Of a stretch of DNA of 45,178 nt, positions 17,826-26,623 are shown piece after piece; positions within the stretch are counted from its first letter, which is position 1, and each line of letters begins with the position of its first letter. Position numbers and translations under genes: made by a program. Origin of the DNA: a virus (lineage: Duplodnaviria > Caudoviricetes); IMG/VR virus record IMGVR_UViG_3300040733_000068, positions 1 to 45,178 of that record; one strand, written 5' to 3'. Under the pieces are notes generated by a model. The model saw nothing but the letters and a program-made list of their open reading frames with translations, was not told where the DNA came from and did no database searches.

Positions 17826-18723
17826 TATCGAATATTTGAAAACTCACTTTTACAACCCACTATTCGCACGACTTGACGAAGATAACGCTATCGTGCATAA
17901 CTCGATCATCATATCATTGCTTCCCAAGACCTCGAACTGGAGGTATAATTACCTTAAGGAAGCGAGCCGGAGCGCACCTATCGAGGATCAAGATATCATC
18001 GACATCCTGATTGGAAAGAAATTCATCCGGGTAACCGACGAACACAATCGCTACCAGATTACAGCATCCGGGGTATGGGAAATCGAGAACGATCAAGTCG
18101 GCATCGATCAATTGTTTTCGAATATCGATGAGTTATATTTCGATGTCTTCTCGAAAAATCGGCCGCTGACGGCGAAAGAAAAGGTCGCCCTCTTATCGTT
18201 CATTGCCGCCCGGACTTTCTCCGAAGCCTGTCCGCTGGATCGAAGAAATGGGCCTGCCTTCCTCGACAACTGGATAGAAATATTCAGAAAGTCCGAATCG
18301 TTTCTATTATCTAAAGGGATTATCAAGGAGCCTGCAGATCTGTTCGACAATAGAGACGCGGAAAATGCAGTCGCGTATCTGATCCGAAGGCTGAATAACC
18401 TCACAAAGAAGACAAGGAATATCTACAAATCCAGAAGCAGTATTGCCTATCTCGATTTATACGATTACGAACACGAAGAGCTCCAGGCCGATGGTCTGGC
18501 CTACCTATTCTGGAAGATTTTTGGCAATGAGCTCGATGCGGATCTGCAGAGTGATATCTTCGATTTTTGCAGCTCGATCAACCAAGAATATAAATCAGTA
18601 ATTTTCAACCCAGATCAGTTCGATGCCCATATCTTTTCGAGAATTGAGTACGACTATATCTTTCAGGATGCCTTGTTCAAAGCAGATGTTAATAAAAAAT
18701 CATACGAAATGAGAGAGGCTTGA
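17812..18723 (+). CDS. Hypothetical protein, putative tandem winged-helix
   Basis: ATG 17812 after GGAGAGGT, overlapping the ATPase stop. IIDILIGKKFIRVTDEHNRYQITASG is a classic wHTH wing; LTAKEKVALLSFI...FLLSKGII may be a second wHTH. Confidence 0.7.
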   Translation: MQTSDIEYLKTHFYNPLFARLDEDNAIVHNSIIISLLPKTSNWRYNYLKEASRSAPIEDQDIIDILIGKKFIRVTDEHNRYQITASGVWEIENDQVGIDQLFSNIDELYFDVFSKNRPLTAKEKVALLSFIAARTFSEACPLDRRNGPAFLDNWIEIFRKSESFLLSKGIIKEPADLFDNRDAENAVAYLIRRLNNLTKKTRNIYKSRSSIAYLDLYDYEHEELQADGLAYLFWKIFGNELDADLQSDIFDFCSSINQEYKSVIFNPDQFDAHIFSRIEYDYIFQDALFKADVNKKSYEMREA

Positions 18724-19566
18724 ATCGATTTCGAATGGGAAATTCGATATAAACAATTCATTTCCAATTTTTGATTTTGCTGCGTACTTGGCGTTATTTA
18801 CCCCATAGACCAGTTGCCACTCTTTGATATGAGCAAAATCGAATAATTGTCTGATCTCAGGAGTGTCGTCGTACGTGATCAACCACTTATACGAATTTTT
18901 TTGCGTGCATATTTTCATCGTCCGGGCGAACTTGGCGTGATCGAATGTTGTGTGTAGCAACCCTCTTTTCCCGTAGAGCTTGCTTTTCCCCGAGTTAAAG
19001 TACGGCGGATCAAGATAGATGAACGTGCGTTTTCCGTTCTCTGCCAGCATTTCTGAGTAGTCCACGCCCGAAATTTCAACGTCGCAAAGCAGATTACTTA
19101 ATAATGGCAGTTTTTCAATGATGGGATCGGTCAATCGTTTCTCAAAGGCTTCTTGAGAGTATCCACTCGTATCGATGCCGCCCGAGAACGAAATCCGATT
19201 GAGGATAAAGAATCTGACAGCCCGGTCGAACTCTGATAAGGACCTCGGATCTTGCGCCCGCAATCGAGTGAACAAGATCTTTCCATCTCTCTCCTCGGAT
19301 TTAATTCTTGCAATCTCGTCGGCGAACGAGAAACCCGATTCTTTCAACACATTCCAGAAACAGTAGACATCCGGATTGAGATCATTGATCCGGAATTGAA
19401 CTCCTCTCCGAACTTTTTGCTTAACAGCAATGAAGACGGATCCCCCACCGACGAAAGGCTCGCGAAACTCAGAAAATTTATTATCTAAAATATGGGGTAA
19501 TATTGATTTAAGTGCCTTAGATTTGCCGCCAGGATATCGCAAAATGCTGGTTAACGGTGCACTCAT
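18700..19566 (-). CDS. Dam/D12-class (alpha) N6-adenine DNA methyltransferase
   Basis: LRYPGGKS, FREPFVGGGSV, INDLN, FIYLDPPY, WLITYDD, ELFISNF. Confidence 0.93.
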   Translation of the reverse strand: MSAPLTSILRYPGGKSKALKSILPHILDNKFSEFREPFVGGGSVFIAVKQKVRRGVQFRINDLNPDVYCFWNVLKESGFSFADEIARIKSEERDGKILFTRLRAQDPRSLSEFDRAVRFFILNRISFSGGIDTSGYSQEAFEKRLTDPIIEKLPLLSNLLCDVEISGVDYSEMLAENGKRTFIYLDPPYFNSGKSKLYGKRGLLHTTFDHAKFARTMKICTQKNSYKWLITYDDTPEIRQLFDFAHIKEWQLVYGVNNAKYAAKSKIGNELFISNFPFEIDSSLSHFV

Positions 19567-19820
19567 CTTTGGTTATCGTCAATATTTGGGACGCCTCTGA
19601 TTAATCGTTGCGTTCGCTTGATGAAGGGATCCATACAACCTTCATAAGCACGATCAGCTTTATGGCCTCGGATATGAGCGATCCGTCTTTCCTCCCTCAT
19701 ACTGCACTCGGATCACTGGACCAGCCGGGTATCGGTGCGGGAATCTACGATGCGATTCGCGATTCGTCAAGCGATATCAAAAGGAGCGCCGGTCGCGGGG
19801 TGTAACTAATCGAGTCCCCT

Positions 19821-20114
19821 TCATCCTTTCGCCTGGAGTCCGAGGGTCACCAGAGCCCCGATATCGGCAGGAGACAGGCCGGCGACCCGTATCCGGTCGG
19901 CGATCGCCGCCGGAACCTCGACTTCTATGGTCGATTTCTCGTCCCGATCTCGAGACCGATACCAGTTCCGGACGGATCGCCCGTCCCGGCACCCTCCGTT
20001 GTCCCGGGGGAACTTCTCGGCGAGGTCCCGCGCGAGCTGGCCCCATGACATGGCATGAGCATTATCGAGGATATATCGCTGTTCGTTCTCGGAGAACTTT
20101 CGGCCGCTGGTCAC
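19821..20114 (-). CDS. HTH (Myb/homeodomain-like) DNA-binding protein
   Basis: GTG start at 20114 overlaps the upstream stop; KFSENEQRYI...SWGQLARDL...RSVRNWY. Confidence 0.65.
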   Translation of the reverse strand: MTSGRKFSENEQRYILDNAHAMSWGQLARDLAEKFPRDNGGCRDGRSVRNWYRSRDRDEKSTIEVEVPAAIADRIRVAGLSPADIGALVTLGLQAKG

Positions 20115-20890
20115 TCGTCGAGCCCCCCCGCCAGGAGCCAATCGATCGTCTCTTCGTCGAGCATGCAATCTTCCGCCGGGGGGATCGCGATCCGGGGGAC
20201 GAAATCGCATGCCCCGTTCGGGTGGTCGTCCGGCACCTCGTCGATCGGGTATTCCGCTCCGGACTCGGCGGCGCACTCGTCGCACGGGTTCGGGCCGGTG
20301 ACACGGATCACGGTCTCGACGCCAGCCGCTCGATACCGGTTCATGGCCCCGTGGGTCTGTACCCGCATCATCTCCGTCCGGGCGACGCGATCGAGTTTCG
20401 AGCGTTCCGCGTCCCACACCTCCGAGAGGTGCGTCGATAGGGTCTTCGAGGACCACCCCTCGCGGATCCCGTCCTCGATCGTCTTGCCGATGTCCTGCCG
20501 GAGAGTCTTACCGTGCTCTTCGAGCCATGAGATCATCGTTCCATTGATCTTCGTGCCGCCGTAGCGCGTGAGCTGGCCCTTGTAGACCTTCAGGTAGTCC
20601 TCGGCCTCTTTCGCGACATGATCGAACGAGAGCCCGAACGGCCCGCCCTTCGTCGGCGGAGTATGGCCGTATTCGGTCGATTTCTTCGGCAGATACGTCC
20701 ATTTCGCGGGGATCGCGTTCCCAATTGGGAGCTCGGTTCGTCGTACGTGGTGGAGCTGCTTCTGTGCGAGGAGATCGCCGATGAGAAACGCCCGCCGGGC
20801 GTTCTTCGCCAGGGCCTCGACGACCTCGGAGAGGAACGCCTCGATGTCCTCAGCGAACCCGGCTTCCAGGCTCGGCGTCATCAGGAGCAT
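20111..20890 (-). CDS. Minor head protein (Mu gpF / SPP1 gp7 family)
   Basis: Start at 20890; IEDGIREGWS...LDRVARTEMMR...PCDEC...PDDHPNGAC. Confidence 0.85.
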   Translation of the reverse strand: MLLMTPSLEAGFAEDIEAFLSEVVEALAKNARRAFLIGDLLAQKQLHHVRRTELPIGNAIPAKWTYLPKKSTEYGHTPPTKGGPFGLSFDHVAKEAEDYLKVYKGQLTRYGGTKINGTMISWLEEHGKTLRQDIGKTIEDGIREGWSSKTLSTHLSEVWDAERSKLDRVARTEMMRVQTHGAMNRYRAAGVETVIRVTGPNPCDECAAESGAEYPIDEVPDDHPNGACDFVPRIAIPPAEDCMLDEETIDWLLAGGLDE

Positions 20891-21003
20891 GCGTAGATCA
20901 CCGCGACAATCACGATCAGTCCGAGGACGAGATAGAGGAGATCCGGCACCGGAGCGGGGCACGCCTCGCAGACCCGACCGGGGCAATCGTCTGGCACGGA
21001 CAT
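20881..21003 (-). CDS. 40-aa Cys-containing single-TM peptide
   Basis: MSVPDDCPGRVCEACPAPVPDLLYLVLGLIVIVAVIYACS; coupled on both sides and fills the gap. Confidence 0.55.
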   Translation of the reverse strand: MSVPDDCPGRVCEACPAPVPDLLYLVLGLIVIVAVIYACS

Positions 21004-21455
21004 CAGATCGCCCCCGGATAGCATTCGATCAGGTCGACCAGGGGGGCATCGACGAGCCGCACGAGGGGATTCACCCCCGCCCCGAGCAGCACGCGGGCAC
21101 AGATCGGACAGGGCCGGCGGTTGGCCGGGATCCCGGTCGCGGGGTCGAGCGTGGCGAGATACAAGATGGCGCCGTCCGCCTCCCGTCCCGCGTCGATGAC
21201 GGCCGCCTGCTCCGCATGCAGGGATCGGCATTCCTCGTACCGGGTGCCGGGCTCGATCCCCCGCTCGATGCGTCGGCAGGTCTCGCACGGCTTTCCAATC
21301 ACCGGAGCGTTGCACCCCTCGCCGACGATCCGGCCGAACCGGACCAGCACCGCCCCGACCTTCAGGCGGAGACAGGGGGAGAGCCGGGCGAGCTCGATCG
21401 CGCGCTGCTCGTACGCAGTCGCTTGAGCCCTGCAGAGCCTCCCGAGGAAGGTCAT
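21003..21455 (-). CDS. dCMP/cytidine deaminase family protein
   Basis: Start MTFLG at 21455; SPCLRLKVGAVLV...GCN, HAEQAA and PCPICAR zinc-deaminase motifs. Confidence 0.88.
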   Translation of the reverse strand: MTFLGRLCRAQATAYEQRAIELARLSPCLRLKVGAVLVRFGRIVGEGCNAPVIGKPCETCRRIERGIEPGTRYEECRSLHAEQAAVIDAGREADGAILYLATLDPATGIPANRRPCPICARVLLGAGVNPLVRLVDAPLVDLIECYPGAI

Positions 21456-21658
21456 TCCGAACCGTGCTCCGGGTCCAGGGCGTTCATGGTGTCGAGGTCC
21501 TGTGCGAGCTTCCGGTAGGTCTCGGCGATCGCCTCGTGCGCGTTCGCCATCGCCCGCAGCCGAGCGGGATCGGTCGGGATGGTCGGCGAGGGGTGAAAGA
21601 CCGGGACCGGCTCGGGCTCCGGCGGGGGTTCTCGCTTGCCGATGCAGAGGGCGGGCAT
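21452..21658 (-). CDS. Hypothetical protein
   Basis: 68 aa; starts immediately after the portal stop and has an ATGA overlap with the deaminase. Confidence 0.55.
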   Translation of the reverse strand: MPALCIGKREPPPEPEPVPVFHPSPTIPTDPARLRAMANAHEAIAETYRKLAQDLDTMNALDPEHGSE

Positions 21659-23050
21659 TCACGCCTCCGCAGCGGCGAGCCGGGCGCTGATACTCGCGTC
21701 GAGGGTTGCGAGGGCGTTATCCAGGTTCCGATAGGTCAGCCGGGCGAGCCGTTCATGATGGTCGACGGCGGTCTTTTCCGCTGCGTTCGTGAGGAATGCA
21801 AACGGAGTCATCGGGGTCTCCGTGGCGGCCCACTCCTCCGCGTTGGTCGCGAGGTCCTCCTCCGAGACCGTATCGTGACCGATCAGGGCGCGGTGTTCGT
21901 TCTTCGAGATCGTCTTTGCCGCGCGTCCCTCCTTTGCCTGCTCCAGCTGGATCGCCGACCGATCCGCATCGGGCTCGGGGATCCGGAACCGGGCGGAATA
22001 GCCCATGGCCGTGTACCCGTTGTGATCGCAGTAATGCCGGAGGATCCGGTTGAACCCGGCCTCGAGCCAGCGGTGATGGCCCCGGATGTAGGTCTTCATC
22101 AGGTTCGCCTCCGGAGCCGTGGAGCCGCCGAGCAGTACGCCGGACTTCGCGATCTGGTTGCTCGGGCTCGTGTAGTCGACGATCACCTTGATCAGCAGGT
22201 TGATGATCTCGACGATGCTCTGAGAGGTGTTCTGCGGAGTCGGCCAGATCGCCTCCATGTTCTCGCGGAGCGGATAGCGGTTGTCTTTCCCGTAGCTGGA
22301 GAGCACGAGCTTCGCGTAATCCACGTCGGAGGTGTTGTCGTTCGCCCTGCAGGCCGGCTGAGGCTTCGTGATCTTGATGAACATCGGGGGTACGCCGAGC
22401 TGGTTGACCCACTGCATACCCGCGTTGTAGCAGAACGCGGCCATTTCGAGGAACGGGACCACGGGCCGCATGATCGGATCGCCGGCGATCTCGCCGTCGG
22501 CGGGGTCCAGGATCACGAGGACCCCCTTGGCGTCGAGCTTGACCGGGAGCGCGGTTTCATCCTGGGTCTGCCAGTATTCGATCTCCCTTGTTTCCGGGTC
22601 GACCTGGACCCCCTGGAGGATCTTCGAGTAGATCACGGGGCGCGATGCCGGGAGGTTCGCGAACGAGTACCCGGGGAGGTAATGCAGGGCCGTGAGCATG
22701 AGTTTCGGCCCCTGATACGCCCACACCCAATTGAAGAACCCGGCCCCGTACCACGCCCGATCGGAGAACCCCAATCGCATCTTCGAGGGGATGTCGACGG
22801 CCTCGGAGAAGACCATGGCCATCAGTTCCTGCTGAAGCTCGGGCGCGGGATCCCCGTTCCGGTCGACCGCTTCGATCTCGGGGTCGGCGGGGAAGATCTC
22901 GTTGTTCAGCTTGTCGATCAGGCCCCGGCCGTGGATGTTGCCCTTCAGTTTGTAGAGCGTTTCCGCCGTGACCTCCGAGACGCGGAATCCGTGGATGTTC
23001 GCCACGTAGACCACGCCGGTTTCCGTTGTGACTCCTGCTGCCTGTGCCAT
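21659..23050 (-). CDS. Portal protein
   Basis: 463 aa directly after TerL; WYGAGFFNWVW, GDPIMRPV, C-terminal TISKNEHRALIG pattern. Confidence 0.82.
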   Translation of the reverse strand: MAQAAGVTTETGVVYVANIHGFRVSEVTAETLYKLKGNIHGRGLIDKLNNEIFPADPEIEAVDRNGDPAPELQQELMAMVFSEAVDIPSKMRLGFSDRAWYGAGFFNWVWAYQGPKLMLTALHYLPGYSFANLPASRPVIYSKILQGVQVDPETREIEYWQTQDETALPVKLDAKGVLVILDPADGEIAGDPIMRPVVPFLEMAAFCYNAGMQWVNQLGVPPMFIKITKPQPACRANDNTSDVDYAKLVLSSYGKDNRYPLRENMEAIWPTPQNTSQSIVEIINLLIKVIVDYTSPSNQIAKSGVLLGGSTAPEANLMKTYIRGHHRWLEAGFNRILRHYCDHNGYTAMGYSARFRIPEPDADRSAIQLEQAKEGRAAKTISKNEHRALIGHDTVSEEDLATNAEEWAATETPMTPFAFLTNAAEKTAVDHHERLARLTYRNLDNALATLDASISARLAAAEA

Positions 23051-23051
23051 G

Positions 23052-24539
23052 TCAATAGACCATCCTGGGAATTCCCGACTGTGTGCGGCTCATGGTGGGG
23101 AGGACGGTGCCGCGCGAGATCGCCGATGCGGGGACCGCGACGATATCCCACTCTCGGCCCTGAGCGAAGAGGAGCATGAGGGCGTCGGCCCGGTCCGGCG
23201 AGGAGACCCCCCGCCGTTTCATGTCCTCTTTCGATTCGATCAGGATCTGACCGCGCGAATTCACCTTGTACCGGATATCGGTGAGCTGCACGATCAGCTC
23301 CTCGTCCTCCTCGATGTCGATCGCCTCCTCCTCGAAGAGCTTCCGGAGCCCCCAGTACCATTCCGCACGGGTGTTCGCGAACTGCTCGGGGTCGGCGGCC
23401 CGAGCCCCGGCCTGCATCTCGTCGACCTCGAATTCCTGCTCTTTCAGGCGGTCGTAGACCCCCGCCCCGATCCCGACCGCATCGATCTTCGCGCAGCGGG
23501 CTCCCGTGGACCGGAAGGCGAGGATCACCTCTCCCGCGAGGGTCATGGTATCGCAGAACGGCAGGATCTTCAGGGTCCGGGCGACCGGTCCCCGGCGGTG
23601 CATGATCACGGATTCGTCCGACCCGAACCGGGCGACATCGACCGCGAGCTCGGAGGGCTCGGAGGGAATTAGAATCCGCTCGACGGCCGCCTCTATCCAG
23701 TGGAGGGGGATCAACCCGTCGGTCCCGACCTGCGGGAACCGGGCGCGGACCTTCGCGAGGTAGAGCGGCGACTCCTCCCCCCACCGGGTGAACCGATCGT
23801 AGACCCATCGCGGGGTGACGAGATAGGGGGCGGGGAGCGGCCCCGTGATCTTCTCCTCCCACGTGTTCGCCCGGATGTCGTCTTCGGTGATGCCGAACGC
23901 GGAAAAGTTCGGCGTCTCGAACGCGGAGATCGAGATCTTCCCGACCGACGGGATCCGGAACGCCTTCGCAAACCGGCCCGAGGGGTTGGTCGGGTTGCCG
24001 ATCATGAGGAGCCGGGACTCGTCGGCCGTGAGCACACCGTCGATCGCCTCGTAGATCTCTTCCGAGACGCCGGACGCCTCATCGACGATCACGAGGGTAT
24101 GGATCGCGTGGAACCCCTGGAACCGGTCGGGGTCGTAGTCCGGCGCCGTGAAGCCCCACGCGAACCAGTCGGATTCGAGCTTGAGCTCCTGGGAGAGCAG
24201 CTCCCCGCCGAGCGGCCACCGGGCGCGCTGGTGCCCGGTCCGGATCTCTTTCCAGAGGATCCCCCGCACCTGCCGATCGGTCGGTGCGGTGGTCAGCACG
24301 AGTGAGTGCGGATAGTTGTAGAGCCACCAGAGGGCGACGTTCGCGGCTGTGTAACTCTTGCCGGCGGCATGGCAGGACTTGACGGCCGTCTCCCGGTTGT
24401 CCCGGACGGACTCGATGATCTCTCTCTGTCTCTGCCATAGCGACCGGCCGAGGACGTTTCCGACCCACCCGGCGGGGTCGGCGATCGCCTCGTTGGCGAG
24501 GGCTTCCGCTTCAGCTCGGGGGGGCCTCTCCGTGGGCAA
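23052..24539 (-). CDS. terL: Terminase large subunit
   Basis: LWQRQREI, KSCHAAGKS (Walker A), VIVDEASG (Walker B), IGNP; nuclease motifs LAVDVARFGSDESV, IDAVGIGAGVYDRL, SPDRADAL. Confidence 0.95.
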   Translation of the reverse strand: MPTERPPRAEAEALANEAIADPAGWVGNVLGRSLWQRQREIIESVRDNRETAVKSCHAAGKSYTAANVALWWLYNYPHSLVLTTAPTDRQVRGILWKEIRTGHQRARWPLGGELLSQELKLESDWFAWGFTAPDYDPDRFQGFHAIHTLVIVDEASGVSEEIYEAIDGVLTADESRLLMIGNPTNPSGRFAKAFRIPSVGKISISAFETPNFSAFGITEDDIRANTWEEKITGPLPAPYLVTPRWVYDRFTRWGEESPLYLAKVRARFPQVGTDGLIPLHWIEAAVERILIPSEPSELAVDVARFGSDESVIMHRRGPVARTLKILPFCDTMTLAGEVILAFRSTGARCAKIDAVGIGAGVYDRLKEQEFEVDEMQAGARAADPEQFANTRAEWYWGLRKLFEEEAIDIEEDEELIVQLTDIRYKVNSRGQILIESKEDMKRRGVSSPDRADALMLLFAQGREWDIVAVPASAISRGTVLPTMSRTQSGIPRMVY

Positions 24540-25089
24540 TCTGGATCAGCTCCTTCCAGGTCAGGGTACCCGAGTGTTCGACTTTCGCGGCGGGGTAGAG
24601 GTTCCGGGTCCGCTTCCAGTCCTGATGGATATGGGCGGCGGTCTTGATGTCGTCGTTCCCGAGCGCTCGCGTGTAGAGGTAGCGGTCGATCGCGTCGGCC
24701 TCGGCGAGGAGGTCGGCCTGTTCCTGCTCGTAGGCGGCGCGGCGGATCTTCCGGGCCGCTGTCATGTAGGTATCGACCGTTGCGATGGTGACGTTCCACG
24801 CCGGCTTGTGGTTCTTTGTCTCCTTGTTGACGTACGCGGTGATCGAGTGCCGGTCTCCGCCCTTGTTCATGAGGGAGAGGACGAGGAGCACGCGCCGTTC
24901 TGTCTCGGCCTTGTTGACCTCCTGTGAGGACGTGTGGGGGCTCTTGCGGATCGCGATGCCGTGCGCGGTCAGGATCTCGCGCTGTTTCCGCCATCGAACG
25001 CCGGTCTCCTTCTGGATCTTCTTGTATCCCAGGCCGGAGAGGTAGAGCTCGCAGATCCGCTCCTCGTCGATCGGCGCGGGGTCACTCAT
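24511..25089 (-). CDS. terS: Terminase small subunit (HTH)
   Basis: N-terminal HTH (ICELYLSGLGYKKIQKETGV); C-terminal KVEHSG motif; overlaps the terL start. Confidence 0.75.
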   Translation of the reverse strand: MSDPAPIDEERICELYLSGLGYKKIQKETGVRWRKQREILTAHGIAIRKSPHTSSQEVNKAETERRVLLVLSLMNKGGDRHSITAYVNKETKNHKPAWNVTIATVDTYMTAARKIRRAAYEQEQADLLAEADAIDRYLYTRALGNDDIKTAAHIHQDWKRTRNLYPAAKVEHSGTLTWKELIQIAHGEAPPS

Positions 25090-26312
25090 CGCTCCTCCAG
25101 GAGCTCGGGGGTTTCACCGGTCAGATCGTGCCATCGCTGGAGGATCACGGCCGTATACTCGGGGGAGATCTCACACCCGGCGGCTCTCCGGCCGAGCTGC
25201 TCGCAGGCGATCAGCGTGGTTCCGGAGCCGAGGAACGGGTCGAAGACGAACGCATCCTCCGGGGTCAGGAGCTCGACCAGCCAGGCGATCAGGGCGATCG
25301 GTTTCTGTGTCGGATGGGCCGTGCGTTCGTTCCCCCGCGCAACAGGGGTCTCGAATACGTTCGAGGTCGCTCCTCCGCCGTTCCAGCAATGGACCTTTCC
25401 CGGCGTCCTGCCGAATACGGCCGATTCGATCGCGGTGCAAAAGTTCTTTCGGGGCTGCGGGTTGATCGCCTTCTTCCAGTACAGGGTATTCAGAGGGTGG
25501 ACGCCATACCGATCGAATGCGTTCCAGAGGTTCGTGAGCCGGGCGTTTTCCCAGAACGAGACGAGGGCGGCCCCGGCTTCGAGCGCGCGGACCGCCTCGG
25601 GGATCCAGGTGAGCGGGGCTACTTTGTCCCACTCGAGATCGAAGGTCCGCATTTTCGTTCCATGCCGCTGGATCTTGTCCTTCGAGGCGGTCCCGTACGG
25701 GGGGTCGGTGATGCAGGCGGCGGCCCGGGTGTCCCGCATCAATCGATCGATGGTCGCGGGGTCCGAGGAGTCCCCGCAGATCACCCGGTGCCGTCCGAGC
25801 TGCCAGAGCTGGCCGGGCTCCGTCTGCCAGTGTTCGCGGAGCTCGGCGGCGCGATCGATCTCGGGCTCGGGGGCGTCGTCGTCCTCGGTCGAGTCGAGGG
25901 CGATGTGGTGATCCTTCGCGACCGCATCGAGCAGGCCCCGAATCTGCTCGTTCTCGGTGTCGATCGACCCGAGGAGGTCGACTAGCACCTCCCGATCGGC
26001 TTCGGCCATGGCCCCGATCGGGTCGAAGGTCGCGATCGCGATCGCTTCCTCCTCTTCGGAGAGGTCGACGATCGTCACCGGTACGGTCTCTTCATGGTGC
26101 TTTTCAGCGAGCAGGACCCTGAGGTGACCGTCGATCAGGCGACCGGTGCGGCGGTTGAATGTGACGTGATCGATCCATCCGACATCGCCGAGGACCGCTA
26201 GAAGAGCCTTCTGCTGAGATTTCGGGTGCTTTCGCCAGTTCCTCGGGTTCGCGAGCAGATCCTTAACCGGGAGGTCGGCGACCTCGACGATCCGGTTTTT
26301 CCAGGTCTCCAT
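25086..26312 (-). CDS. ParB/Srx-N domain fused to beta-class N4/N6 DNA methyltransferase
   Basis: NPRNWRKH...LIDGHLR (ParB-like), then GQLWQLGRHRVICGDS, ITDPPYG, HPTQKP, DPFLGSGTT. Confidence 0.92.
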   Translation of the reverse strand: METWKNRIVEVADLPVKDLLANPRNWRKHPKSQQKALLAVLGDVGWIDHVTFNRRTGRLIDGHLRVLLAEKHHEETVPVTIVDLSEEEEAIAIATFDPIGAMAEADREVLVDLLGSIDTENEQIRGLLDAVAKDHHIALDSTEDDDAPEPEIDRAAELREHWQTEPGQLWQLGRHRVICGDSSDPATIDRLMRDTRAAACITDPPYGTASKDKIQRHGTKMRTFDLEWDKVAPLTWIPEAVRALEAGAALVSFWENARLTNLWNAFDRYGVHPLNTLYWKKAINPQPRKNFCTAIESAVFGRTPGKVHCWNGGGATSNVFETPVARGNERTAHPTQKPIALIAWLVELLTPEDAFVFDPFLGSGTTLIACEQLGRRAAGCEISPEYTAVILQRWHDLTGETPELLEER

Positions 26313-26317
26313 AGGTC

Positions 26318-26521
26318 CTAGAGGTCCTCGTCGTCGGGCTCCGCCGGCGGATATCGGGTCTCCGTTGGGGGCTGCTCCCGGAGGAGGTCGAGGATCCGGG
26401 CCTGCGTCTCGGCGATCTCCTCCACGGCCCTTTCTATCCGATCGACCGCCCCCGCCACTCGCGATACGGCGACCTTGAGCGCAGCGACCTGGGCGAGCGG
26501 GGAATTGTCGTCAGTCGTCAT
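26318..26521 (-). CDS. Small coiled-coil hypothetical protein
   Basis: 67-aa heptad pattern, inside the operon. Confidence 0.55.
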   Translation of the reverse strand: MTTDDNSPLAQVAALKVAVSRVAGAVDRIERAVEEIAETQARILDLLREQPPTETRYPPAEPDDEDL

Positions 26522-26621
26522 CGTCGGTGATCCCTACGAACTCGTCCGAGGGCATGACGGGCCGGCGCCGGCTGTCGTCAAACTCCGGCGCGTATCGATC
26601 GCGGGGGAACTCGTCGGGCAT
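26511..26621 (-). CDS. 36-aa acidic peptide (absent from ORF track)
   Basis: MPDEFPRDRYAPEFDDSRRRPVMPSDEFVGITDDDD*; fills the gap between coupled genes. Confidence 0.4.
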   Translation of the reverse strand: MPDEFPRDRYAPEFDDSRRRPVMPSDEFVGITDDDD

Positions 26622-26623
26622 CG

